64,000 nucleotides of DNA from a virus, in IMG/VR virus record IMGVR_UViG_3300007734_000760, positions 64,001 through 128,000 of that record; one strand, 5' to 3'. The position numbers and the translations under genes are program-made. This document shows, one piece after another, positions 1-9,376 of the stretch. Every line of letters starts with the position of its first letter. Position 1 is the first letter of the stretch. The notes under the pieces were generated by a model. The model searched no databases. It was not told where the DNA came from and worked only from the letters and a program-made list of their open reading frames with translations.

Positions 1-17
1 GTTGATTATAAATATTA

Positions 18-3000
18 TTAAACTTTAGAAGTACCTACTCTTAGTGCATCTCCAGTTTCAGTTGCATTTTTACCTATAGTAGATGCTAATACTTTTCCAT
101 CCATAACAACGTTACTAGTAACTTGTATTGGTTTTTGAGGAGTATTAGACATTGCTGATGCTATAGCATTTGCTAATGCGTTATAGTCTATAACTAGCTT
201 TGAAGATGAAGGATTAATTTTTTCTTTTCCTACTTTAATTTTTCCTTCTTCAAATTTTTCAGTTGGTGAATTAGGTTCTGATTTAACATCATTACCAAAT
301 AAATTAGTACCGGCTATTACTGTATCTTTATCATTTAAAGCTATTGTTCCTTCAGGACCCATTAATGTACGTTTACCATAGCCTGGGGAGACAACGTCAT
401 TACCATTCATGTATTTAGCAGCCATAGATGCTATTCCTGCAGCAGCAGCTATACCTAAAGCTACTCCAACACCAAATGGAATTTTAGAAAAAGAAGATAT
501 AGCATTAAATATAGCCATACCTACTGATTTTACTATACCTTGGTTAGCTGTAAATAATGCTTTTTGGTCTAAAAGACTTTCTCGAGCTTTTAAACCTAAT
601 CTTACACCTTGAATTACATTAAGGGCTAATTGATAACCTTTTATAGCTAAATATATGCTAGCTATAGTTCCTACTATAGTTTGCATTTCTGTTAATTGTT
701 TGTTAGCCCCGGTAAATAAACCAATTAGTCCAGATACACTATCATATATATATTTAATACCTTCTGCAAAAGGAGTTATAGCTCCTTTAACTATCATACC
801 TAATATACTAGCTATTGGTCCTACAACTTTAAGTATTCCTGCAAATGCATCAACTACTGGCATTAATGGTGCTACTAATGAAACAAATATTTCTTTTAAT
901 TTTTCAATAGATTGATTAAAACGATCTTGAATAGACTGTTGAGACATCATATCTTTTAATTTTCCATTTGCAAGTTCTTTTTGAGCTTTTTCTAAACCTA
1001 CTTCTTTAACTCTAGCATCAAATGCTTCTTTTGCTTTTTCAGCTTGCTCACCACTCATAGATTTTAAAGCTTCAGCTCTAACTAAAGTACCAGCTAATTC
1101 TTCACGACTCATACCTACCGCTTTAGCTGCTGCTTCTTGTTGAAGTCTATTCATTTTACTAAATTCAGCTGCTGTGCCATAGTTTTTAGCTAATTCTTTA
1201 GATAAACCAACCATATCATTATTTAAAGCAGCTAAACGAGCTCCTTCTAAATTTAAATTTTTTCCAGTTAATAATTCTGCTTCTAATTCTGCTGAGATTG
1301 AGGATTCTATTTGAAGTAATGAATCAGCAATTTTATCAACTTGTTCTAAAGTCATACCTAATGCTTTAGCTTGTGCTACTGCTGCTCCTAAATTAGCTGT
1401 GCTGCCACCTAAAGATAATTTTGTAGCGTCTGATGATTTAGCTACATCTTTCATTATTTCTTTTTCATTTAATAAAACACCATTATTCATAGCTGTTATA
1501 CTAGCTGCTCCTAATAGTTTTTTAGTATTATCTTCTAAATTACCTCCTGTAGCTAATGTAAGCTGTTGCATTTTTGATATTTCTTCATTAGTAAGTCCAG
1601 CTTGTTCTCTTAATTTAGTAAATATAACGGCATCTTTAGCATTTAAAATAGCATTAGTGCCTAAAGATTGACCTATAGCAGCCATTGTTTCTCTAATACC
1701 TTTAGTAGTAACAAAAAGATCATTTGATGAATTAGCTATATCATTAAATTTATCATTCATTTTAGCTGCATCTTGGTAGCTTAAGTTCATGTCTTTAGCA
1801 AACTGACTTATACCTTTATCTAAATCTTTAAAAGCATCTAAAATTAATTTAATATAAAATAAAGGATCAGAAAACATTTTTGTTAATCCTTTAGCGGCTT
1901 GACTAAAGTAAGTATTCATTACTTTTATTTTGTCACCAAATAATGAATATTGAGCGTTGCTTTTTTGAAGTAAGGCTAATCTATCTTTTTCAGATTGAAG
2001 AAGCATTAGATTTGGACCTATTTGTTTATTAATAACATTAAGTTTATCTTTTTCAGATTGAACAAGCATTAAATTTGTACTTAATTTATTTCGAATGTCT
2101 TTTAAAATATCTTTTTCAATTATATTTGTTTTTTCTAAAGCATCAAGTTCAGCTTGTTTTAATTTTAAAACTATTCCTCCAAATCCTGATCTTACTTGAT
2201 TTATAGATAATAATCCTTTTTGAGTATTTATTTCGTCTTGTAAAAGTTTTTCTTTTTCAATTTGAGCGCCTATTCCTCGAAATTCTAAATCATTTCTAAT
2301 TGCTATTTGGGCATTTGTAAAACCTTCTAATTGATTTATATTAACTAATGTTATATTTTTTAAATTTAATAAATCATTTATTTGTTTTTCTAAAATAACA
2401 TTTTTTTCTTTTAATTTTTCTTCTTCTTTTAAAGACTGGATACGAGTCATAGCTAATTCTTTAGCTTTGTCAGAAGCAGCTTCAAAAGCTTTATCTAAAC
2501 CTAATGCTTCTCCTAATTTTCCTAAACCTAATGTATTTAATGTTCCTTTTAATGCTCCAGCTGCTGCTCCAGTTAAACCCATAGTTTTAGCAAACGTTTC
2601 AGCTAGTACAGCGGATTTTCCTAAAGTATTACGCAGTTCTATTAGATCTGTATTTTGGCCGTCTATTAAATCTTTTATGTGTTGTTGGGCGTTTAAATTT
2701 TTATCTAAAAGCTTTTGAATAGCTATTTCTGATTCGCCTCTTACTCTCGCTATATGTTTTTGAAGTTGAAGATCTCTTTCTTCTTCAATTAATATTTTTT
2801 GAGCATTATTTAATCTATCTACTTCAAGAATAATCTTTTTTCCAATTTGTTTTACATCTTCAGAAGATAAATTGTTGTATCCTTTTTGATGATTAGACAA
2901 TTGTTCAGCTAAACTGCCTAAACTTTTAAAACCAGATTGAGTAGCTTTAATTCCTTCATTTGATCTTCCAATTTCACCTACTAATTTTTTAAAATTACTT

Positions 3001-3197
3001 ACTAAATAATCTGTTCCATCTTCAGCTTCATGTACTCGTCTTGTAAAATCATTAAAAATAGCATCAATAGCTGTAATATTTTGTTCTAAAGGACGTAAAT
3101 TTAAAGTATTAAAGTTTTCACCAAGTTTAGTAGATAATTTTTCTATCTCTAAAAGCTTTTTTTCTAATCTTGCTAATTCATCTGCTGATAAAGCCAT
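18..3197 (-). CDS. Tail tape measure protein
   Basis: 1059 aa, Ala/Leu/Lys-rich helical protein with a hydrophobic C-terminal part, directly downstream of the tube and hub/chaperone genes. Confidence 0.85.
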   Translation of the reverse strand: MALSADELARLEKKLLEIEKLSTKLGENFNTLNLRPLEQNITAIDAIFNDFTRRVHEAEDGTDYLVSNFKKLVGEIGRSNEGIKATQSGFKSLGSLAEQLSNHQKGYNNLSSEDVKQIGKKIILEVDRLNNAQKILIEEERDLQLQKHIARVRGESEIAIQKLLDKNLNAQQHIKDLIDGQNTDLIELRNTLGKSAVLAETFAKTMGLTGAAAGALKGTLNTLGLGKLGEALGLDKAFEAASDKAKELAMTRIQSLKEEEKLKEKNVILEKQINDLLNLKNITLVNINQLEGFTNAQIAIRNDLEFRGIGAQIEKEKLLQDEINTQKGLLSINQVRSGFGGIVLKLKQAELDALEKTNIIEKDILKDIRNKLSTNLMLVQSEKDKLNVINKQIGPNLMLLQSEKDRLALLQKSNAQYSLFGDKIKVMNTYFSQAAKGLTKMFSDPLFYIKLILDAFKDLDKGISQFAKDMNLSYQDAAKMNDKFNDIANSSNDLFVTTKGIRETMAAIGQSLGTNAILNAKDAVIFTKLREQAGLTNEEISKMQQLTLATGGNLEDNTKKLLGAASITAMNNGVLLNEKEIMKDVAKSSDATKLSLGGSTANLGAAVAQAKALGMTLEQVDKIADSLLQIESSISAELEAELLTGKNLNLEGARLAALNNDMVGLSKELAKNYGTAAEFSKMNRLQQEAAAKAVGMSREELAGTLVRAEALKSMSGEQAEKAKEAFDARVKEVGLEKAQKELANGKLKDMMSQQSIQDRFNQSIEKLKEIFVSLVAPLMPVVDAFAGILKVVGPIASILGMIVKGAITPFAEGIKYIYDSVSGLIGLFTGANKQLTEMQTIVGTIASIYLAIKGYQLALNVIQGVRLGLKARESLLDQKALFTANQGIVKSVGMAIFNAISSFSKIPFGVGVALGIAAAAGIASMAAKYMNGNDVVSPGYGKRTLMGPEGTIALNDKDTVIAGTNLFGNDVKSEPNSPTEKFEEGKIKVGKEKINPSSSKLVIDYNALANAIASAMSNTPQKPIQVTSNVVMDGKVLASTIGKNATETGDALRVGTSKV

Positions 3198-3212
3198 TGT
3201 TAAATATTTTAT

Positions 3213-3220
3213 TATAAATA
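3213..3220 (-). promoter_or_regulatory. Putative phage late promoter TATTTATA
   Basis: 15 nt upstream of the tape measure ATG; one of at least 17 intergenic copies. Confidence 0.65.
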
Positions 3221-3234
3221 TTAAAAATTAAAAA

Positions 3235-3597
3235 CTATTTGTAAGTAGCAGGTCTTTTAGGCATAACGCCTGGTTTAGATGTTTGAGGTGCGGGTTGATT
3301 TTGGAACATACTGCGATCTTTAACCATACCGTCTGAGCCAATAGCTACGTTAGATTTATTATTAGAAGCGTCTTCATGTGATTTATTTTCTTCATCGTAA
3401 TATTCTTTAATTTGATTAAAAGTATATTTTCTTAACCAAATAGGCATATTATAGACTGTGTTCCAATCATATCCACCTTTACCGTGAAATACAATTTGAT
3501 GAATTTGATTAAATAAAGCTAATCGAGTTTGACCAGCGCTAGTTGCTGTCAGGCCAAAAAAAGTTAAGTCCAATGGGAATGTTAACGGCTTTGTCAC
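3235..3597 (-). CDS. T4 gp51-like baseplate hub assembly / tail chaperone extension, probably expressed by frameshift from the upstream gene
   Basis: YDWNTVYNMPIWLR resembles the gp51-like NM.PW.R motif; weak GTG start; overlaps the upstream ORF at a U7 run. Confidence 0.6.
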   Translation of the reverse strand: MTKPLTFPLDLTFFGLTATSAGQTRLALFNQIHQIVFHGKGGYDWNTVYNMPIWLRKYTFNQIKEYYDEENKSHEDASNNKSNVAIGSDGMVKDRSMFQNQPAPQTSKPGVMPKRPATYK

Positions 3598-4303
3598 TCC
3601 CGTCGGGAAAAAAAGTCAAGTCAATGTCTGGTTGAACTTTTTTGATATATTCTCGTAATGCTCGAGAATCCATAGCGAGCAAATGATTATCAACAAAGTC
3701 TCGAATTGCTTTAGGCGTTCGATCTTCATTTATAGATGTTATAATATATTTTAATCTAGTTGACAATTGAGGAGATGAATCTTTTTTAATTTTCTTTAAA
3801 CCTTCTAATTCTGTGTCAATTTTTTTCTCATCAGCATGAGATAAAATTTTAAAAGTTACAATATTATTAGTGTTAGGTAAATTAAAAGTAAATTCATTTA
3901 CACCCGGAGTTATTAAACTTAAATCTAATTCTTTAGATTCTAAAGTACTTAAATCAATTGTTTCTTCTTGATTGTTATATGTAAATGAATAATTTTTACC
4001 ATATCCTAAGATTCTACAAGCAATCATAACAGCATTTTTATCTCCAACAATTATGTCATCATAATTAATAGGTGATACTATTAATGCTTGCATTAATTTA
4101 TCTAATACTGTTCCTTTTTGAATATATGATTGGTTTGTTAATATATCTTCATGAGCTGCAGTCATGTATCTTATTTCAATTTTTCCAGATGATAATAAAT
4201 TTTCTTTTGGATATAATAATCCTTTTGAAGGAAGATCAATTATTTCTGTTGGAAAGTTAAATTTAGGTGTTTCTTGAGTGGTAGTGTTAGTCGGTTGATC
4301 CAT
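3539..4303 (-). CDS. T4 gp26-like baseplate hub / tail assembly chaperone
   Basis: IDLPSKG..YP, MTAAHEDIL, RILGYG and C-terminal FFWP motifs; lies between tube and tape measure. Confidence 0.7.
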   Translation of the reverse strand: MDQPTNTTTQETPKFNFPTEIIDLPSKGLLYPKENLLSSGKIEIRYMTAAHEDILTNQSYIQKGTVLDKLMQALIVSPINYDDIIVGDKNAVMIACRILGYGKNYSFTYNNQEETIDLSTLESKELDLSLITPGVNEFTFNLPNTNNIVTFKILSHADEKKIDTELEGLKKIKKDSSPQLSTRLKYIITSINEDRTPKAIRDFVDNHLLAMDSRALREYIKKVQPDIDLTFFPDGSDKAVNIPIGLNFFWPDSN

Positions 4304-4382
4304 AATTCTTATTTAGTATAACTTTGTGTTTATTATATATATTGTAAGATATAAAAATTTTACAATAAGACAAGCTTAAATT

Positions 4383-5249
4383 TTAAATTTTTGCTATAGC
4401 TGTATTAGCCTTTGCTGTTAAATTTGCTACTATAGAATTAAGGTCTATAGGATTACTTTTTGTATTTGTTTCTTTTGGATTATTTGTTAAAAAAGGACTA
4501 ATATATTCTAAATAATTTCTTGATGGTCCATAATTAATTTCTAACTTTTGAGCAGGTTTTCCATAAATTGTTGACCAACCTGTAAAAGTTGGAGAAGTTT
4601 TTTGTGTACTTCCATTATATACTGTTGGATCATTAGTCACAGATGAATATTTTTGATTTATCTCTTGTGAATTATCTAAATGTGATATATTTAATACATC
4701 AGGAAATTCAACATCTCCTGATAGTGGACTAAAATTTATACTTTTATCATTTATTATACTTAAATATGTTTTATTAGGAGTATAAGGTTGAGAAAATTTT
4801 GTAGTAGGACCACTAGGATAATCATAAATAGTTGGAACACCAGTAGTAGTACTAGGATATACAGTAGATATATCTTTATTTGGACCTCCTAAAACACCAG
4901 GATTTTCTACATCTAAATTAGTTTTATTTAATGAAGAAACTAATTTTAAAGGATATGCAGATGGAACTTCTTTTGTAAGATCAGGTATGCTAACAAAATT
5001 AGAACTACCTATAATTTTACTTAAATATGTATTTTTTGGAGTATACTTATGAATAAATTTATGTGGTTGGCCTGGATTTGATAATCCTGTTGGAGTACCA
5101 GTAGATGATTCTGGATATTCTGTGTTGTAGTCATTATTTGGGCCGCCTAATACTAATGGATTTTCTAAATCTAAATTGGTTTTACCAAATGAATTTTTTA
5201 ATCCTATAGGAGTATTAATTGGTACTGGATTTGGAGATGGAACCGCCAT
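4383..5249 (-). CDS. Hypothetical Pro/Ser/Thr-rich virion-associated protein with internal repeats
   Basis: 288 aa ORF with its own upstream motif; KTNLD.ENP.VLGGPN and YTP..TYLS each occur twice. Confidence 0.6.
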   Translation of the reverse strand: MAVPSPNPVPINTPIGLKNSFGKTNLDLENPLVLGGPNNDYNTEYPESSTGTPTGLSNPGQPHKFIHKYTPKNTYLSKIIGSSNFVSIPDLTKEVPSAYPLKLVSSLNKTNLDVENPGVLGGPNKDISTVYPSTTTGVPTIYDYPSGPTTKFSQPYTPNKTYLSIINDKSINFSPLSGDVEFPDVLNISHLDNSQEINQKYSSVTNDPTVYNGSTQKTSPTFTGWSTIYGKPAQKLEINYGPSRNYLEYISPFLTNNPKETNTKSNPIDLNSIVANLTAKANTAIAKI

Positions 5250-5262
5250 TGTTTTTATTTAT

Positions 5263-5270
5263 TATAAATA
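5263..5270 (-). promoter_or_regulatory. Putative late promoter TATTTATA
   Basis: Between a terminator and the next ATG. Confidence 0.65.
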
Positions 5271-5280
5271 TTAAAGGATA

Positions 5281-5305
5281 AAAAAAGCCTGCAATAAGCA
5301 GGCTT
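5281..5305 (-). terminator. Intrinsic terminator after tail tube gene
   Basis: AAGCCTGC-TTATT-GCAGGCTT hairpin followed by a T run on the minus strand. Confidence 0.75.
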
Positions 5306-5323
5306 AAATTTAATTTTATTGAA

Positions 5324-5812
5324 TTAGTAGTTTAATATACAATAATCCATACCTAAAGTAACTTCAATGTTAATTGCTGATGCTTCAGTGTCCCAATTGT
5401 ATTCACCAAAGTTTGCTGTTTTAATAAAAGCACCTTTAATAATCCATTCTGACACAATATCACCTACTGGACCTAATACGTTAACAGTTAAATCTTTTTT
5501 GTAAAAATCGGAATAACCATCACGACCAGTAACTGATTCATGATGTAAACGTACCCATTCCATTACTGCTTGAGCACCAGATGGAGTAATAGGATCAAAC
5601 AAAGTCATAGACATATCAGCCCATTTTGCTTTACCTTTAATTTTACGATAAACATTGATATGATTTAATGTAATTTCTCCCATATCTACTGATACTGGAG
5701 CTATCTTTTTGATCATGTATGAAGGAATTCCATCTACATACATAATAAACCGGTTTGCTACTTTAGGTTCAAATGCTGTAAAAAATATTTCGTTTGGTGA
5801 TAATATTGCCAT
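5324..5812 (-). CDS. Tail tube protein (T4 gp19-like)
   Basis: 162 aa following the sheath gene; FEPK..NRF, W.DMSMTLFD, EW.R and DFYKKD motifs. Confidence 0.85.
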   Translation of the reverse strand: MAILSPNEIFFTAFEPKVANRFIMYVDGIPSYMIKKIAPVSVDMGEITLNHINVYRKIKGKAKWADMSMTLFDPITPSGAQAVMEWVRLHHESVTGRDGYSDFYKKDLTVNVLGPVGDIVSEWIIKGAFIKTANFGEYNWDTEASAINIEVTLGMDYCILNY

Positions 5813-5865
5813 TTTATTTTTTTGTTTAGTTGTTTATTTTTGTTTATTATACATATTTAATTTTT

Positions 5866-5898
5866 AAAAATCTTCCCCTATTTTTCAAGAGGAAGATT
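5866..5898 (-). terminator. Probable terminator after sheath gene
   Basis: AATCTTCCTCT...AGGGGAAGATT hairpin plus T run on the minus strand. Confidence 0.55.
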
Positions 5899-5908
5899 AT
5901 TTAAAATA

Positions 5909-7612
5909 TTATGCTGGGAAAGTTGCTCCAGTTGGAGTAATAATAAAATCTAAATAAATAAATTCAGCTGTTTTTGTTGGTTGAACATAAATTGCTCCTA
6001 CCATTTGGTTTCTATCAATTACATCAGCTGTATTATTTGTTTCATCCATTACTACTTTAAAAGCATATAAACCTTGACGTTGTTGAACTGAAGATAAATA
6101 TGGATTAACTTGACCTAAAAAAGTATTTCTTGTTGATGTTGAATTTTGTTCAAACAACAATGTGTTAGCAACTTGAGAAATATAAGATTTTAATTCTATT
6201 AATAAACGTCTTACATTTACACGATCTAAAGCTGATGCTTTTGTTTGTAATGTTTTTTGACCATATACTACAATTCCTTGACCAGGAAATGAAGCAATTG
6301 GATTTACTTTACCTGTGTAAAGAGCATCTCTAGTTGACTGATTTAATTTTTGTTCAACACGAATTACTGTTCCTAATCCACCACGATTAATACCGGCAGG
6401 TGCAAACCAAGGTTCTGATACTCTATCATTGTAAGCGTAAACGCCTGCAATCATTACTGAGGTTGGAACCCATACGTTTTTACCACTTGATGGATCTAAA
6501 ATTTGACACCATGGCCAATATGAAGCAGCATATGAAGTATCACGAGAAGAAGCTTGAGTAATTGTAGCTGTTGCTGTTGCACCATATCCTACTGGATCTA
6601 ATACAAATATGTTATCTCCACGTTGTTGAGTGTTTAAAACAATATTACTTATAGCACTTGTGTGACTAGCAAACGCATCAATTAAACCTGGAGCTATTAA
6701 TAAATTAAATCTATAATCATCTTTATTTGATAATAAATTAATCATATTAGTGTAGTTTGAAGCTACTAAACCTTGAGTATCTGTATTGTTAATGTTGTTG
6801 TAAAATTGAGCGTTACCTTTTATATTACCTGTAGCACCAAAAAATGCACCACTAGCAGCTAAAGGAATTGAAGCTGTATATTGATTTTTTGCTACACCAC
6901 TATTATCTAAATAGTCTGGAGTTAATAAATCAACTGAGCTTACATAAACAAAAGATGAATTATTTGTGTAACTTCCTGTTAAGTCAACTTGAATAGTTGA
7001 AGGATTATAAGAATAAACATAATCACCAATTACTCTAGAAACAAAATTATTTGATTTAGGATCTAATGATAAATTAGTAAATGATTCTAATACTGTTTTA
7101 CTATTAGTTATATCATTACCTTGTCTAATTATTAAACCAAAAGTTCCAGAAGCTGTGTTTGGACTTATAATTTCCCAACGAATGTTATCGGCTGAACCGC
7201 TTGTTAAAGCACCAGCTGAATCCATTGCTCCTGTATTATTCATTACAATTCCTTTAGAAATTGTTTTTAATGTAAATGCTGAAGTTGCTAAACTAGAACT
7301 AATAACTGTACTTGTAGCTGAGGTATAAGAACCAGAAACTACACGAGCTACTAATAACGTGTCTCCACCATTATTAAAATAGTTATAAGCTGCTATTGAA
7401 GTAAAATATGAAAATACATCACTTCCGCTTGTAAATACATCGCCAAATTTATTTACATATTGACTATAAGAACCTACCAATGTTGGTAATTCTACAGGGC
7501 CTTTTACAGTAGGACCTATTATCGCAGCTCCAGCTTGTACTGGTTGACCGGATACTTGGGATTTATCTTGTTCTCTAACTGATATTCCCGGGGATAATAA
7601 AATTTCTGCCAT
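5909..7612 (-). CDS. Contractile tail sheath protein (T4 gp18-like)
   Basis: SPG.S.RE.D.S start; PWFAPAG.NRG, GQKTLQ...SALDRVNVRRL and PTKTAEFI motifs. Confidence 0.95.
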   Translation of the reverse strand: MAEILLSPGISVREQDKSQVSGQPVQAGAAIIGPTVKGPVELPTLVGSYSQYVNKFGDVFTSGSDVFSYFTSIAAYNYFNNGGDTLLVARVVSGSYTSATSTVISSSLATSAFTLKTISKGIVMNNTGAMDSAGALTSGSADNIRWEIISPNTASGTFGLIIRQGNDITNSKTVLESFTNLSLDPKSNNFVSRVIGDYVYSYNPSTIQVDLTGSYTNNSSFVYVSSVDLLTPDYLDNSGVAKNQYTASIPLAASGAFFGATGNIKGNAQFYNNINNTDTQGLVASNYTNMINLLSNKDDYRFNLLIAPGLIDAFASHTSAISNIVLNTQQRGDNIFVLDPVGYGATATATITQASSRDTSYAASYWPWCQILDPSSGKNVWVPTSVMIAGVYAYNDRVSEPWFAPAGINRGGLGTVIRVEQKLNQSTRDALYTGKVNPIASFPGQGIVVYGQKTLQTKASALDRVNVRRLLIELKSYISQVANTLLFEQNSTSTRNTFLGQVNPYLSSVQQRQGLYAFKVVMDETNNTADVIDRNQMVGAIYVQPTKTAEFIYLDFIITPTGATFPA

Positions 7613-7641
7613 TTTTAGATATTTTGTTTACTTTTGTTGAT

Positions 7642-7649
7642 TATAAATA
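7642..7649 (-). promoter_or_regulatory. Putative late promoter TATTTATA
   Basis: Upstream of sheath gene. Confidence 0.65.
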
Positions 7650-7668
7650 TCTAAAAAATTATCAAAAA

Positions 7669-7932
7669 CTAATCAGTCGTTGTAATTTCTCCTGTCTCGA
7701 TATTAATACTTACTTGTCCGTATTTATTTTGAACATCTTGACCGTATTTAATCTCTTGAATTCTTAGTGATTCTAACTCTTTAATAATTTCTTGTTTTTG
7801 ATTAATTAACAGTTGATTTTGATATTCAACTTGTCCAAACTTAATAATTAAATCTTGAGTAGAAGAATTTAATGTTTTTAAAACTGAAAATTCTTCTTCA
7901 GTTAATTGTTTTACGTTTATAACTTTTTCCAT
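7669..7932 (-). CDS. Small coiled-coil hypothetical protein
   Basis: 87 aa; heptad-like pattern; ends KYGQVSINIETGEI. Confidence 0.6.
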   Translation of the reverse strand: MEKVINVKQLTEEEFSVLKTLNSSTQDLIIKFGQVEYQNQLLINQKQEIIKELESLRIQEIKYGQDVQNKYGQVSINIETGEITTTD

Positions 7933-7984
7933 GTTTGTGTTGTTTTAATTTATTAAAATAATAAAATTTTTTAAATATCCAAGT

Positions 7985-8860
7985 TTAATTTTTAGGAGGA
8001 ATACGATTAATATCACTAACTATTTCAAATCCAAATACTGTTTTAGTAACAACAGGAATTTTTTTAATAGCTAATACATCTTTTTGAATAATGTCTGGAA
8101 TTATATATCCATTTAATTTTATGTCAAATGTACTTTTAACTGATCTATCTTTTCCATCTGCTACTTCTATTACCGTATTAAATGAATCAATTCTAGCATT
8201 AAATTTAAATCTTGCTGGATCTCCCCAATATGAATCTGATGCATAATTAATCATTTCAATAATTTTATTCATCTGTTCTATATAGTAAGTGTAAATTACA
8301 CAACTATATTTTATAGTTACATAATCAGGTATTACTACTGCGTATTGTTCTCTTTCTGGTTTAATGTTATTTAGTACATCAAAAGGAGTATAAAAATCTC
8401 TTTTAGAATAATTTTTAACTAAAGTATTATATAAATGAGGTTGATTAGCATCTAATTTATTTCCTATACTTCTATTTTTAGTTAAATCATCTCTTTTAAA
8501 TACTAATAATGGAGACATAATAGCTCCACTTTTGTCTCTATAATATCCATCTTTTTGAATAGATTTCCATTTTTCAGGATTTCCATAAATTACAGGAACA
8601 GGTATTCTTATTCCATTTTGAATTATTGAAGGTTTAATTACTTCATTAAAATAATAAAATATGGTTTCATCAATATCTTGAATACCTAGTGAAAACGGTT
8701 TAGTACTATCTCCTTTAAAACTTAATTTACTTCCTCTATTTGGTTCAGAAGTATTAGGATTTCCTACAGGTTGAAAACCTGGTCCTCCCTGTTGATAAGG
8801 CTCTTGTTGAGAAATACTTATTTCTCTTTGTGTTTTAGGTGTTGGTTTTTTATTAGCCAT
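7985..8860 (-). CDS. Tail terminator / sheath stabiliser (T4 gp15-like)
   Basis: IPVPVIYGNPEKW and EQMNKIIE motifs; synteny neck-neck-terminator-sheath. Confidence 0.65.
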   Translation of the reverse strand: MANKKPTPKTQREISISQQEPYQQGGPGFQPVGNPNTSEPNRGSKLSFKGDSTKPFSLGIQDIDETIFYYFNEVIKPSIIQNGIRIPVPVIYGNPEKWKSIQKDGYYRDKSGAIMSPLLVFKRDDLTKNRSIGNKLDANQPHLYNTLVKNYSKRDFYTPFDVLNNIKPEREQYAVVIPDYVTIKYSCVIYTYYIEQMNKIIEMINYASDSYWGDPARFKFNARIDSFNTVIEVADGKDRSVKSTFDIKLNGYIIPDIIQKDVLAIKKIPVVTKTVFGFEIVSDINRIPPKN

Positions 8861-8862
8861 AT

Positions 8863-9372
8863 TTATTCTCTTTCACGTGTTAAATTTACTTTATCTGCAG
8901 GAACATAGTGAGCAACACAATTTACTGATACATTATAGCCAAAATTTTCTAATCCTGGATTTAATGGGTTTTGTTGGTAATTATAATCTGGATCTTTACC
9001 TGTAAATAATTGATTATTAAATGATTGCTCTATTTCAAAATAATCTTCATAATACATAATAATGTCTCCTAATTCAGGAAAAGCATTTGCTTCTACTAAA
9101 TCATCTCTTAAAAAGTCAAAAATGACAACTCTAACATAATTAGGACCTATATCTGTTGATTCAAAACTTGGATCGGTTCTAATAATTCTAGTATATAATA
9201 TAGTAGGTTCAGTGTAATATCTTTTATTTGTTGATTCTCCATAAATGTTAGACACTGTTTTTTCTAAATTTACTTTATAAAGAACACACTGTTGAGACAT
9301 AACATTTCCTAATAGTTCCCTATTAACTTTTCGTATCATTGATACATCTCTACTTGATCCAAATAATGCCAT
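8863..9372 (-). CDS. Neck / head closure protein (T4 gp14-like)
   Basis: NIYGES and PELGDII motifs; synteny. Confidence 0.65.
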   Translation of the reverse strand: MALFGSSRDVSMIRKVNRELLGNVMSQQCVLYKVNLEKTVSNIYGESTNKRYYTEPTILYTRIIRTDPSFESTDIGPNYVRVVIFDFLRDDLVEANAFPELGDIIMYYEDYFEIEQSFNNQLFTGKDPDYNYQQNPLNPGLENFGYNVSVNCVAHYVPADKVNLTRERE

Positions 9373-9376
9373 GTTT

